A DNA stretch of 64,000 nucleotides from an uncultured cyanobacterium (GCA_963793265.1 CAWBZI010000001.1:1696001-1760000); one strand, 5' to 3'. Positions 9,488 to 19,941 are shown, counted from the first letter of the stretch. The notes: generated by a model not told the origin, from the sequence alone. Made by a program: numbers and translations.

Positions 9488-10399
9488 TTGAACATGGTCA
9501 GCGCCGCAGAAAAGAGAACACCTCACCCCATTGCCCAGGCAGACACTCAACAGACTTCTCCGATTGCGGCTAGGCCCGTAACGCCTCTAGGAATCCTCGT
9601 TGAGCAGCTAGAGGAAATTGTTAATCTCTCTGAAGTCCAAACGATCTCGACCCCGTTAAAAACCGCGATTAAAGAAGCCTATCAGTTAGCAGCAGGACTC
9701 GATCCTTATCTCGAAAGCTGCACAACGGCTGAGTCAGCGGCGCTCTTTAAGCTCGCGCAAAAAACGCAGCAGACAGACTGGAGCAAGCATTTTGACGATG
9801 GCGAAACCGTCCGGGCACTAGAGCAAGAGATGCTTTCGGGCCATATTGAAGGGCAGCTACTCAAGATGTTAGTTTCTATCAGCGGCGCTAAGCGGGTGCT
9901 AGAAGTTGGCATGTTTACCGGGTATTCAGCACTAGCGATCGCTGAGGCGCTTCCTGAAGATGGTCACCTGCTCGCCTGCGAAGTAGACGACTACGCCGCT
10001 CAGTTTGCTCAATCGTGTTTTGCCGATTCTCCTCATGGTTCTAAAATTAAGGTGAGCGTTGCCCCTGCAATTGAAACAATGCGATCGCTTGCAAAATCGG
10101 GAGACACCTTCGATCTTGCCTTCATTGATGCTGACAAAGGCGGCTACATAGACTACGTAAATCTGTTGTTAGAGAGCACCTTACTTGCACCCAACGGCTT
10201 CATTTGTGTAGACAACACACTTATGCAAGGGCAGCCTTACCTGCCAGAGCACAAACGCGCTGAGAACGGCAGATTGATTGCCAAGTTCAACCAGTTTGTC
10301 ACTGAAGATTCTCGCATCGAGCAGGTGATGCTACCGCTACGAGACGGCTTTACCATCATCAAACGCAAAAACAGACGCACAGACAAACGAGAAGACTAA
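9488..10399 (+). CDS. mysB: O-methyltransferase of MAA biosynthesis
   Basis: ARPVTPLGIL, EQEMLSGHIEGQ, LEVGMFTGYSAL and FIDADK motifs; cluster context. Likely start ATG 9494. Confidence 0.92.
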   Translation: MNMVSAAEKRTPHPIAQADTQQTSPIAARPVTPLGILVEQLEEIVNLSEVQTISTPLKTAIKEAYQLAAGLDPYLESCTTAESAALFKLAQKTQQTDWSKHFDDGETVRALEQEMLSGHIEGQLLKMLVSISGAKRVLEVGMFTGYSALAIAEALPEDGHLLACEVDDYAAQFAQSCFADSPHGSKIKVSVAPAIETMRSLAKSGDTFDLAFIDADKGGYIDYVNLLLESTLLAPNGFICVDNTLMQGQPYLPEHKRAENGRLIAKFNQFVTEDSRIEQVMLPLRDGFTIIKRKNRRTDKRED

Positions 10400-10408
10400 C
10401 CGCAGGCA

Positions 10409-11761
10409 ATGACTACAACCCCGCTCGTTTCAGACAATAATCCAACAGTTATCAAGAGCGTCGGTACGCTGGTTCTGCTACTGCTGTTGCTTCCGTTTAA
10501 CTTAGCCGCGATTCTGTGGTCTTCAGTAGGCGGTTTCTTCCACAGATCCGAGGGGCTAAACACCGCCACGGGCGAGAAAAAGAGAATATTGATCACAGGC
10601 GCTAAGATGACGAAGGCGTTGCAGCTAGCGAGATCTTTTCACCGAGATGGCCATGAGGTGTATTTGGTAGAAACGCATAAGTATTGGCTGTCGGGCCATC
10701 GGTTTTCGCGGGCGGTTAAGGGCTTTTTTACGGTGCCTGTGCCTGAAGAAGATGCTGATGGGTATTGTGCGGCGCTAGTTGCGATCGCCCAGCAAAACAA
10801 CATCGATCTGTTTGTACCTGTCTCTAGCCCTATTGCTAGCTACTATGATTCTTTGGCCAAGCGATCGCTAGCACCTTACTGCGAGTCACTTCATTTAGAT
10901 CCTGAAATAACAGAAACCCTAGATAACAAATATGCCTTTTGCAAAAAAGCCAGTGAGCTAGGGCTTTCTACACCTAAAGTATTTTGCATCACCGATCCGC
11001 AGCAAATACTAGACTTCGACTTTCAAGCAGACGGCAGCCAATACATTGTCAAAAGTATTCCTTACGACTCGGTGCTACGGCTAGATTTAACCAAGCTGCC
11101 GTTTGACGGAATGAAAGACTACGTGCGCGGTTTACCTATTAGTGAAGAAAAGCCCTGGGTGATGCAAGAGTTCATTCGCGGTCAGGAATATTGCTTTCAT
11201 GCCACCGCGCGTAAGGGCAAAATTCGGCTGCACTGCTGCTCAAAGTCTTCTCCTTTTCAAATCAACTACGAACAGGTAGACGTTCCTGAAATTTATCAGT
11301 GGGTAGACACGTTCGTTCGCAAAATGAACATAACCGGGCAGGTGTGTTTCGACATGATTCAAACTGATGGTGGCACCGTATACCCGATTGAATGCAACCC
11401 GCGTTTGCACTCAGCGATCACGATGTTTCACGATCATCCTGGCGTTGCCAAAGCCTACCTGTTTGATGGCGATGATCAAGAAGCGCCAATTACACCTTTA
11501 CCCGAGAGCAAGCCGACCTATTGGACATACCACGAGCTATGGCGACTGCTAAGCGTTCGGTCTTTAGACGAGCTAAAAGCCTGGTGGCAAAAGATGGCCC
11601 AGGGCACAGACGCCGTTTTACATCCCAGCGATCCGCTACCCTTTCTCATGCTTCACAACTGGCAAATTCCGCTGCTGTTAATTGACAACCTTCGCCGCCT
11701 TAAAGGCTGGGTGAAAATAGACTTTAACATCGGTAAGCTCGTTGAGCTAGGGGGAGACTGA
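10409..11761 (+). CDS. mysC: ATP-grasp ligase (mycosporine-glycine synthase)
   Basis: ILITGAKMTKALQLARSFH, IECNPRLHSAITMF and the IDFNIGKLVELGGD C-terminus. Confidence 0.93.
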   Translation: MTTTPLVSDNNPTVIKSVGTLVLLLLLLPFNLAAILWSSVGGFFHRSEGLNTATGEKKRILITGAKMTKALQLARSFHRDGHEVYLVETHKYWLSGHRFSRAVKGFFTVPVPEEDADGYCAALVAIAQQNNIDLFVPVSSPIASYYDSLAKRSLAPYCESLHLDPEITETLDNKYAFCKKASELGLSTPKVFCITDPQQILDFDFQADGSQYIVKSIPYDSVLRLDLTKLPFDGMKDYVRGLPISEEKPWVMQEFIRGQEYCFHATARKGKIRLHCCSKSSPFQINYEQVDVPEIYQWVDTFVRKMNITGQVCFDMIQTDGGTVYPIECNPRLHSAITMFHDHPGVAKAYLFDGDDQEAPITPLPESKPTYWTYHELWRLLSVRSLDELKAWWQKMAQGTDAVLHPSDPLPFLMLHNWQIPLLLIDNLRRLKGWVKIDFNIGKLVELGGD

Positions 11762-11808
11762 ATAGTTGCGATCGCCCCACCCCAACAATAGCCCCACCCC
11801 ATAAAGCA

Positions 11809-12876
11809 ATGACAGCAACAACCGCAAGCCCCGACACTCCCAACACCGAAGCCAAGCAAAGAGTCTTCGACTTGATGCTCACCTTCGTCAAAAGCCAGTG
11901 CCTTTATGTCGGCACCCGCTTAGGCATTTTCAACTTATTAGACGACAAAGGCGAACAAAGCGTAGAAAGTCTTGCTAGTGAAACAAACACCGATGCTGAA
12001 AGGCTCTACTTTGTGCTGCGAGCGCTCGCCCATGTAGACGTACTTGAAGAGAAACCCGGCAGAGTGTTTGCACCTACCGAAACCTCTACGCTGCTGGTCA
12101 CCAATAAAAAGCCCTCGGCTGGCCATTTAGCCATGCATCTAATCGAGCCTGCACAGTGGGACGCGTGGAAAGTCCTACCCGAAGGTTTAGCGCAAGGCGT
12201 TGTCCCTTTTGAGCTAGCAAACGGCAAAGGCGTCTACCAGTATTGCTACGACAACGAGTGGAGCAAAGAGACTTTTATCAAAGCCATGAGCTTTCTTACC
12301 GGCTCGCAGGTAGATGGTCTGTTAGATGCCTACGACTTCGGCCAGTTTGAAACGGTGATGGACGTGGGCGGCGGACAGGGTGGGCTAATTGCGAGCATTG
12401 TTAAACGGTACGGCTGCAAGGGTATCTTGTTCGACTTGCCAGATGTTACCGAGACGGCTAAAGACTACATGGCGAGCCAGGGCATTGAGCCTGGCCAAAT
12501 CGAGATAAAAGTAGGCGATGTGTTTGAATCGGTGCCAGCCGGGGCGAATGCCATTGTGATGAAGCATTTTATATCGGCGTGGAGCGACGCGGATGCGATG
12601 AAAATTTTGGCGAACTGTAGGGCGGCACTGCCCAAAGACGGCAGGCTAATTTTGCTACAGTCTTTTGTGCCCGATATTGATGAGCCAAAGACTGAGGCTG
12701 ACGGGATTATGCCCGGCATTTTTGCAGTGCAGATTAATGTGGCAACCCCAGGCGGTGGGTGGCGCACTAAAAAGCAGTTTCAAACGCTGTTTGAAAAGAG
12801 CGGATTTCGGCTAGAGAAGATTATTAAAACAGACAATAGTCTTTCGGGGATGGAATTTAGTATCACAGAGACGTAA
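11809..12876 (+). CDS. SAM-dependent methyltransferase (Methyltransf_2 / COMT-like, with dimerisation domain)
   Basis: VMDVGGGQG, FDLP and GDVFESVPAGA motifs; co-oriented directly after mysC. Confidence 0.88.
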   Translation: MTATTASPDTPNTEAKQRVFDLMLTFVKSQCLYVGTRLGIFNLLDDKGEQSVESLASETNTDAERLYFVLRALAHVDVLEEKPGRVFAPTETSTLLVTNKKPSAGHLAMHLIEPAQWDAWKVLPEGLAQGVVPFELANGKGVYQYCYDNEWSKETFIKAMSFLTGSQVDGLLDAYDFGQFETVMDVGGGQGGLIASIVKRYGCKGILFDLPDVTETAKDYMASQGIEPGQIEIKVGDVFESVPAGANAIVMKHFISAWSDADAMKILANCRAALPKDGRLILLQSFVPDIDEPKTEADGIMPGIFAVQINVATPGGGWRTKKQFQTLFEKSGFRLEKIIKTDNSLSGMEFSITET

Positions 12877-13013
12877 GGCACAGGCGATCTTCGGCAAGTG
12901 GGACTCTTGATAGCTTTTTAAGGATAGTTACAGTTTCAGCACAGCGCGATCACAGCGATCGCACCACCTGATAACCTGCAACTACCCCCTTCAAGCACAC
13001 TCGCCGCAAACAT

Positions 13014-14225
13014 ATGAACGATTTGGGTAAGACCTTGGCCGACAAGGTCGATACCGTTATTGACCTATGGGTTGATAAAGTCCGTCAGGACATAGAAATC
13101 GACAGTAATCGAGACATGACCTACGAGGCCGTTCACAACGGCTTGCCGGGTGTTTTAGCGTCGGTGGCTACGCTGCTAACAGCGGCATTTGCTGATGAAG
13201 ACGTTGCCTTAGAAGAAGATGCCACAGAGCATGGATCTGTGCGCGCAGAACAAGGATTTGATATTGCTGAGCTGATCCGTGAGTACCGAACGCTTAATGC
13301 TGTGCTGATTACCGTGCTAGAGCCCGATCTGATGACCGGGACAGTACCGGAGGTCGTCAAAGCAATGCGTCAAATAGACAAGGTGCTCGATACTGTCGTA
13401 CTGCTATCGGTAGAAAGCTACGTCAGCCATAAGCTTAGCCTACTAGAGAGAATGCACGCTCAGCTATTACTGACCAATCAAGAGCTGATGCGCCTGGTCG
13501 AAATTCAAAAAGACAGCGTTTCTCATTTGGCCCATGAGCTAAAAAATCCGCTGAACGCAATTATCGGATTCTCTACCATCCTGCTTCGCAAACAGCGCCA
13601 AGAACTCGCCCAGCAGCAGCCTAGCGCGATAGAAATGAGGCAGGTAGAGCGAATTTTGAATAACGGGCAGCAGCTTTTGCGACTCATCAATAACACGCTA
13701 GAATCCTCGCGCACTGAGTCTTCACAGCTCACTGTGAAAATGGAGCCTGTTCAGGTTGCGATGTTGGTGAACACAGTCGCTGATTCTTTTGAGACGAGCG
13801 TTCAAGAGAAGTCAATCGCCCTGAGCGTAGATTGCGATCGCGCGCCCACCCAGGTCACCACCGACAGCCTTCGCCTACAGCAAATTTTGACCAATCTCAT
13901 TAGCAATGCGATCCGCTATACGGATCAAGGCTCTATCAGCGTTACCTGCCGCGAAGTCGGAGATGGGCACTGGGCTATCACCGTCTGCGACACCGGCAAA
14001 GGCATCCCACCTGATCTGCACACCAAAATATTCGAGCCCTACTTTCGAGCTGGCGAGGCTAGCGAGTACGTTCCTGAGAGCAGTGGCCTTGGCCTTACCA
14101 TCGTCAATAAGCTTGTGCAGCTACTTCAAGGCAGCATCGAACTCACCTCAGCCGTGGATGAAGGATCTACCTTTGTGGTTACTTTGCCCCTCGCCTTTAA
14201 ATCACCGCTGCCGCAGGGAAGCTGA
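13014..14225 (+). CDS. Cytoplasmic sensor histidine kinase with RsbRD_N-like N-terminal domain
   Basis: HG.VRAEQGFDIAELIREY N-domain; LAHELKNPL H-box, NLISNAIRY N-box, DTGKGI and GLGL. Confidence 0.88.
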   Translation: MNDLGKTLADKVDTVIDLWVDKVRQDIEIDSNRDMTYEAVHNGLPGVLASVATLLTAAFADEDVALEEDATEHGSVRAEQGFDIAELIREYRTLNAVLITVLEPDLMTGTVPEVVKAMRQIDKVLDTVVLLSVESYVSHKLSLLERMHAQLLLTNQELMRLVEIQKDSVSHLAHELKNPLNAIIGFSTILLRKQRQELAQQQPSAIEMRQVERILNNGQQLLRLINNTLESSRTESSQLTVKMEPVQVAMLVNTVADSFETSVQEKSIALSVDCDRAPTQVTTDSLRLQQILTNLISNAIRYTDQGSISVTCREVGDGHWAITVCDTGKGIPPDLHTKIFEPYFRAGEASEYVPESSGLGLTIVNKLVQLLQGSIELTSAVDEGSTFVVTLPLAFKSPLPQGS

Positions 14226-14247
14226 AGTGTAGTTTTGGCTAACCGAT

Positions 14248-15453
14248 TTACGACTCAAGCCGGGCAATCGCAATACTCCGATAGTAGTGCTGCAAAATCT
14301 GCTCATAGCTCCACCCTTGCTCGGCTAAGCTTCTTGCGCCCCACTGGCTCATCCCTACGCCATGACCAAAGCCAGAGCCGGTGATCTTCACAGTATCAGT
14401 CGCTTCGCTCAGCTCAATATTAAAGCGAGTGCTACGCAAGCGCAGAGCCGAGCGAACATCGCGGCCTCGGAGGGTTTTGGTGCCTTCATCGCCAGCGATC
14501 GCAATCGAAGCCACCCGGCCTAATGCCGTCATCTGAGGCGTCCCAATACTCTCTACCGTGCCAATATCGCCAATCTTTTCACTAAACTCTTCAAAGCTAA
14601 AGGTTTCTTGCCAGGTGAACACAGGCGAGCTGTGGTCGTAGTCCTCTACGCCTTGCAGGTAGGGCACATCGCTACTCCATACGTCACGGGCGTTTTCAGT
14701 GAAGCCGCCTGAGGAAGAGTGAAAGATTGCTTCAATCACCTGACCGTTATGCGTGGCGACCTGACTGGTCGTAGCATCGACAGCGGCGATGGTGCTAGGG
14801 GCTTCTTGCTCTAGACCTTTGTACACCTGAAACGTGGTGGTGGCGTCTACGTCGTAGAGTGGGTTAGTGTTGCGCGATCGCTTATAAAGCGCATAGGATC
14901 TGGCCGCCACCGCCTGAGACTGTAGCGCCGCCTGCGGCCAGCTTGTCGGCATTTCACTGCCTACCACGCTATACAAATAATCTTCCAAATCAACGTAGTT
15001 AATCGCCGTTAGCTCGCCATCTTCGAGCGTCACCAGCACCCGCCCGCGATACCACTTTTCACCAATCCACACAAACCCATCTTCGCTGGGCTCCAGCCAA
15101 AAAGCATTCGACTCCGAAAGGGTTTCGCCCCCGTTGGTCAAATCAACTTCATTGCCGTCCGCTTTAATGCTGATGCCCTGAAGCTCAGGAAGCTGATAGA
15201 GCGCTTCACCGTTGCCATCGCTGATGACGCCGAGTGTGGAGCTGCCGACGGTGATGGACTCGCTGCCTTGCGCGATCGCAACTCTCATCTCCACAGCCGC
15301 CTGCGCCGGTAGCACCAGCAAAGCCCACAGCAGCCCGCCGCCTATCCAGCTCAACCCTCGGCGCAGTGTTGATTTAGTCACGCGCGTTTTGCTCGGAGCA
15401 ATCGTCAGGCTAAACAGCCAGTTTTTAGCAAAAGAAGTCGTCTGTACAGCCAT
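14248..15453 (-). CDS. SpoIID/LytB domain protein (peptidoglycan lytic enzyme)
   Basis: LEDYLYSVVGSEMP..WP..AL..QAVAARSY and GFGHGVGMSQWGA. Confidence 0.92.
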   Translation of the reverse strand: MAVQTTSFAKNWLFSLTIAPSKTRVTKSTLRRGLSWIGGGLLWALLVLPAQAAVEMRVAIAQGSESITVGSSTLGVISDGNGEALYQLPELQGISIKADGNEVDLTNGGETLSESNAFWLEPSEDGFVWIGEKWYRGRVLVTLEDGELTAINYVDLEDYLYSVVGSEMPTSWPQAALQSQAVAARSYALYKRSRNTNPLYDVDATTTFQVYKGLEQEAPSTIAAVDATTSQVATHNGQVIEAIFHSSSGGFTENARDVWSSDVPYLQGVEDYDHSSPVFTWQETFSFEEFSEKIGDIGTVESIGTPQMTALGRVASIAIAGDEGTKTLRGRDVRSALRLRSTRFNIELSEATDTVKITGSGFGHGVGMSQWGARSLAEQGWSYEQILQHYYRSIAIARLES

Positions 15454-15629
15454 GATGGGGAGCTAATGTGTGAGACAGCAAAAAATCCAAAGGGGGAATT
15501 GATATCTATCAACCAAAGTTGAGATATTTTTTCAGCGTTCCCCAACCTTCCCTAAAATCTGAACATTTCCCAAGAAGCAGGGTGGCAGTTTAATAGTCGG
15601 CCCCTGAAAATATATATTTAGTTAGATGA

Positions 15630-16991
15630 CTACAGCAAGCCTGCCGTCTTGTACAAGCTTTCTAAACGCGCCAGAATCTTCTCGCCATACAGCGGATCGG
15701 CGGCCCACAAGTTGCTGAGCTGACCCACCAAAGGCGCAACGCCACGTCTGACAAAATCAAACCGAGGATCGACCCGTTCGCGAGCCAGCGGTTCTGTACT
15801 GGCATAGGCTTTGAGATGTTGAATTTGGGCTCTGACGCCAATCCGAGCGCTTTCAAACGTGGCTAAGTTACCCCCACCATCGGCTAAACCTGCAAAGTTA
15901 TTTTGAAACGGCTCTACCAGGCCCGGAAAGCGCAAAAAGTCGGTTTCTACGCACATCTGACAAAAGGCAATGTCATAGTCCACCCCTTCGATAGTGCCTT
16001 CTTGACGATAAATTTTAGGCAGGTCGGGAAACAGATCCAGGGCGCGGTCGTTTTCAGACCGTAAAAAAATAGCTAGCTGCGTTTCAGTCGTGCTGCCGTG
16101 GCTCATAATCACGTCAATGGTGCCAGGACAGACGCTAAGCACTGAGGCGGGTCTGAGCTGAAGCGTGCGGGTAGGCGCGTCCCAGCCAATTGCCACACTA
16201 AAAGGCTTAAGATCAACTGCCTTTACATACACCGCGCCGCGATAGCGCACCCGGCGAATATCCGCGTCACTAGAGAGATCGACGTTTAGCAGGTCGGCGA
16301 GGTCAATAGGAATGTAGGCATTGCCGCTGATGATGATGCCTTTTTCCTGATACGGCCCGCCGTTAATCTCGATATTGATGGTGGGATAGCTGGGAACGGT
16401 GGGTTCTGGCGGGGTAGGTGTGCTGCCTGTAATCGCTTGACTCCAAGCGGCGAGGCCATTTGCCAGGCCAATTGCAAAGCTGCGGCGGCGCTGGGTGAGC
16501 AAAGCAAAGTCTTTGGCGTTCGTGAGGTAGGCGATTTCGGTGAGCAGGGCGGGCGGTACGGTTTGGCGAACGAAGGCGAGTCTGCCGGTGCCTGCGGCGG
16601 TGTCAGGGCGAACGCCTCGGCTCGGGAGTTCAGGAACTTCTTTAAGTAAGTTGAGCAGCACGAGTTCGGCTTGCTCGCGGCGATCGCGATTATTAGCAAT
16701 GTAATAAACCGTCGCCCCGCGTGTGGCCCGGTTGCTAAATTCTTCAGCGTGAATTTCTAGCGCTACGGCCCCTGGCCTTGTTCTAGCGTTAATCCAGCCA
16801 ATGCTTTGAGCCAGGCTCAGATCGTCTGGGACTGAGAGCACGTCATATCCGCGCGATCGCAATTCCGGCACAATCAAATCCCTCAGCGCAATCATCTCCT
16901 GCGCCTCATTCGTGCCCGCGACCCGTCCGCCCGTATCTCGAACGCCGCCTTCTATGCCACCGTGACCTGCTGAGATAAAAATCTGTGCCAT
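15630..16991 (-). CDS. N-acetylmuramoyl-L-alanine amidase plus glucosaminidase-like domain (TftA-like)
   Basis: IFISAGHGG and LEIHA Amidase_3 motifs; C-terminal FCQMCVET.FL...QNNFAGL...HLKAYAS...WAADP.YG. Confidence 0.85.
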   Translation of the reverse strand: MAQIFISAGHGGIEGGVRDTGGRVAGTNEAQEMIALRDLIVPELRSRGYDVLSVPDDLSLAQSIGWINARTRPGAVALEIHAEEFSNRATRGATVYYIANNRDRREQAELVLLNLLKEVPELPSRGVRPDTAAGTGRLAFVRQTVPPALLTEIAYLTNAKDFALLTQRRRSFAIGLANGLAAWSQAITGSTPTPPEPTVPSYPTINIEINGGPYQEKGIIISGNAYIPIDLADLLNVDLSSDADIRRVRYRGAVYVKAVDLKPFSVAIGWDAPTRTLQLRPASVLSVCPGTIDVIMSHGSTTETQLAIFLRSENDRALDLFPDLPKIYRQEGTIEGVDYDIAFCQMCVETDFLRFPGLVEPFQNNFAGLADGGGNLATFESARIGVRAQIQHLKAYASTEPLARERVDPRFDFVRRGVAPLVGQLSNLWAADPLYGEKILARLESLYKTAGLL

Positions 16992-17132
16992 ACAAAAGGG
17001 TACTCGCTACTGTCTCTATCTGTGTTTTCGGGCATACCTTGCCCAAACAGGTCGATAATATCGCCAAACAACCTTAATTGATTTAGGCAAATAGCGGGTT
17101 AATCCTTTTCGCACGAATCCTTCACCCACGCT

Positions 17133-17492
17133 TCAGTCCGTCTTAGCGCCAGTGCTCGCCTCTTCTGCTTCCTTTGGTTTGCCAGCAAGCTTCCTGACTA
17201 AAATCTGAATGCCCAGCGCTGCAAGGCCAATAGCAGCCACCCCGAACACGCCAGCGCCCAGCGCCACCATCCCAACGACTAACGTCCGAACCGCTGAGGA
17301 AATATTCACAACTGCCGGATTTGAGGAGGTAACGGGTTTGTTTGCAAAGCTAGCGGCAATCGATACCGTCAGCCGATAGGCCAGTAGTGAAAACGTCCCT
17401 GCCGTCAGCGCACCCGTGAAGCACTGCAAAGGGGTAGCAGGTGGCTTACTCGACGTGTCTGTGCTGAGATTTGGGACTTCAGGCTTTTCCAT
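17133..17492 (-). CDS. DUF3082 family membrane protein
   Basis: TPLQCF.GA...NISSAVRTLVVGM with two hydrophobic segments. Confidence 0.75.
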   Translation of the reverse strand: MEKPEVPNLSTDTSSKPPATPLQCFTGALTAGTFSLLAYRLTVSIAASFANKPVTSSNPAVVNISSAVRTLVVGMVALGAGVFGVAAIGLAALGIQILVRKLAGKPKEAEEASTGAKTD

Positions 17493-17654
17493 GGCTTTGC
17501 TTAGGGTGTTCGCCCTTGCAACAACATCTCACTCTAGAAAACAAAGCGACCGAAGGTAAATACTTAATACGGAGGAGTTCGCATTCGTTTACTCGCAGCT
17601 TCTGGCCCCTTAAAATGGACTGCCATCTTAAAATTCCTCCATTAAAGGACACCG

Positions 17655-18572
17655 TTGCCAGTGGCTCCAAACATAAGCCCCCAAAAGAGCCAAAAGAAGG
17701 GCACTAGAGCCCGTAAAAGATTCGGCCAGCACTGGCTACGCGACGATCAAATTCTCAACCGCATCGTCACCGCAGGCGAGCTGAGCGCCGCTGATCATGT
17801 GCTCGAAATCGGCCCTGGACAAGGCGCGCTGAGTCAGCGTTTACTCAACACCCAAGCCAAAGTTTTAGCAATCGAGATCGACCGAGATCTGTGCCTCCAG
17901 CTCAGCGAACAGTTCATTGCCTACATGGCCAGCGGTCAGTTTCGGCTGATCGAATCAGACTTTCTAAAGCTCAACTTTGATCAAGCGCTAACTGACTTTG
18001 AGCTAGATCGCCCTAACAAAGTCGTGGCGAATATTCCCTATTACATCACCGCCCCGATTTTAGAAAAGCTGCTTGGCACCATGAGTCGCCCTAATCCTTA
18101 CCCCTACGCCAATATCGTGCTGCTGGTACAAAAGGAGATTAGCGATCGCCTCTGCGCTGTTCCCGGCACCCGCGCCAACGGAGCCTTGACCATCCGCGCT
18201 CAATACCTGGCCGACTGCGAAGAGATCTGCGTCGTCCCCCCTACCGCGTTTAAGCCACCGCCAAAAGTAGAGTCCGCCGTCATCCGGCTAAAGCCCAGAG
18301 CGTTTCCCACCCCTGCGAAAAATCCTTCTCGCCTCACTCAGCTTGTCAAAGTTGGCTTTTCTCAAAAGCGAAAAATGCTGCGCAACAACCTGCAAGGCGT
18401 CGTCGATCGCGATCGGCTCAGCGGCATTCTAGAGCGCCTTGAGTTGAATCCTCAAATTCGCGCTGAAGGTTTGGGCGTTACCGACTGGGTAGCGCTCAGC
18501 GATGCCGTTGACGATGCTGTGGGTAATACCGTCAGCGATGCCGCTGATACCACAGCTCCTAACGAAATCTAG
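17655..18572 (+). CDS. rsmA: 16S rRNA adenine dimethyltransferase
   Basis: RKRFGQHWL, LEIGPGQG, VVANIPYYIT, F.PPPKVESA. Confidence 0.96.
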   Translation: MPVAPNISPQKSQKKGTRARKRFGQHWLRDDQILNRIVTAGELSAADHVLEIGPGQGALSQRLLNTQAKVLAIEIDRDLCLQLSEQFIAYMASGQFRLIESDFLKLNFDQALTDFELDRPNKVVANIPYYITAPILEKLLGTMSRPNPYPYANIVLLVQKEISDRLCAVPGTRANGALTIRAQYLADCEEICVVPPTAFKPPPKVESAVIRLKPRAFPTPAKNPSRLTQLVKVGFSQKRKMLRNNLQGVVDRDRLSGILERLELNPQIRAEGLGVTDWVALSDAVDDAVGNTVSDAADTTAPNEI

Positions 18573-18600
18573 TTCTATTGTTCAGTATTCTGCACCGCTC

Positions 18601-19557
18601 ATGCTCACACTTTCTGCAAATGCCAAAATCAATCTCTATCTCGAAATTATCGGCAGTCGGCCCGATGGTTTTCATGAGCTAGTGATGGTGATGCAGAGCG
18701 TTTTGCTGGCCGATCTGATTACGCTAAAGCCTTTGAACACACCGACGATTCAAATCGTGTGCGATCATCTGCAGGTGCCGACCGATTCTAAAAATTTGGC
18801 CTATCAGGCAGTCACGCTGCTGCAAAAGCGACTGCCGCATCGCACTAACCGGCACGGCGGCGTAGAAATTACGATTGAAAAAAAAATTCCAGTTGGCGCA
18901 GGGTTAGCGGGCGGTTCGGCTAATGCAGCAGCAACCCTGTTTGGGCTCAACGTGCTGTGGCAGCTAGGGCTTACTCGGATTGAATTGCAGGAGCTGGGTG
19001 CTGAGCTGGGGTCAGATATTCCGTTTTGTTTGGCGGGGGGGTGTGCGATCGCCACTGGACGCGGTGAAGAAATCGACCCAATCCCTAACCCTCCCAAACT
19101 CCATGTTGTACTCGCCAAATACAGCAGCCTTTCAGTCTCTACCCCCTGGGCCTACCAAACGTACCGACAGCAGTTTGAGGGCACTTACAAACCACTAGAT
19201 AAAGCGGCAGGTTTGGAAGAGCGGCGATCGCGCATTCACTCAGGCCCCATGGTAAGAGCCATTGCCGGTCACAACGCTCATGCCATCGGCACCTACTTGC
19301 ACAACGACCTGCAAAAAGTAGTACTGCCAGCGCATCCTAAAGTCGCTCAGCTTAAGGAAAAAATGCAGGCGATCGCCTCACAGCACGGCGGCTTGGGCAC
19401 GATGATGTCGGGCTCTGGCCCTACTGTATTTACACTCACCGAAACCGCCGACCAGGCTCAAACCATCCTGCAGGCGATACGCAACCAAATCAACGACCCT
19501 GATTTGCAGCTCTACGCAGCTCGGTTTTCGTCTCAAGGCATTTGTCACCAAAGCTGA
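18601..19557 (+). CDS. ispE: 4-diphosphocytidyl-2-C-methyl-D-erythritol kinase
   Basis: AKINLYLEI, IPVGAGLAGGSANAA, MSGSGPTVF; likely ATG at 18601. Confidence 0.96.
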   Translation: MLTLSANAKINLYLEIIGSRPDGFHELVMVMQSVLLADLITLKPLNTPTIQIVCDHLQVPTDSKNLAYQAVTLLQKRLPHRTNRHGGVEITIEKKIPVGAGLAGGSANAAATLFGLNVLWQLGLTRIELQELGAELGSDIPFCLAGGCAIATGRGEEIDPIPNPPKLHVVLAKYSSLSVSTPWAYQTYRQQFEGTYKPLDKAAGLEERRSRIHSGPMVRAIAGHNAHAIGTYLHNDLQKVVLPAHPKVAQLKEKMQAIASQHGGLGTMMSGSGPTVFTLTETADQAQTILQAIRNQINDPDLQLYAARFSSQGICHQS

Positions 19558-19613
19558 GTTTCTCTAATCGCGCACATTTGCTATACTGACTATCTATATT
19601 CACTACGAACTTT

Positions 19614-19838
19614 ATGAAGCGCCTTCCCTTTGACAGCCAGCAAGTCATGCGTCGCACCGAAGATTTGATCAGTGCAGCTTCCAATCGCTACCGCATCACC
19701 GTCCAGGTGGCTAACCGCGCTCAGCGCCGTCGCTTTGAGGAATTTGACAGCCTAGACGAATCAAAGATGAAGCCTGTGCTACGCGCAATCGTCGAAATGT
19801 CTGATGAGCTGACTCAGCCTGAGATTATTGGCGAATAG
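19614..19838 (+). CDS. rpoZ: RNA polymerase omega subunit (cyanobacterial)
   Basis: [15 protein letters not shown]...[20 protein letters not shown]. Confidence 0.93.
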   Translation: MKRLPFDSQQVMRRTEDLISAASNRYRITVQVANRAQRRRFEEFDSLDESKMKPVLRAIVEMSDELTQPEIIGE

Positions 19839-19941
19839 GCATCTTTTTAAAAAGAACTGACTTTAATAAGGTGAGGAGCGTTTGCATTCACAGCAGCACT
19901 CCTCACTTTTTTGTGTGGGTATAGCTTTTGCAGGTGATAGG

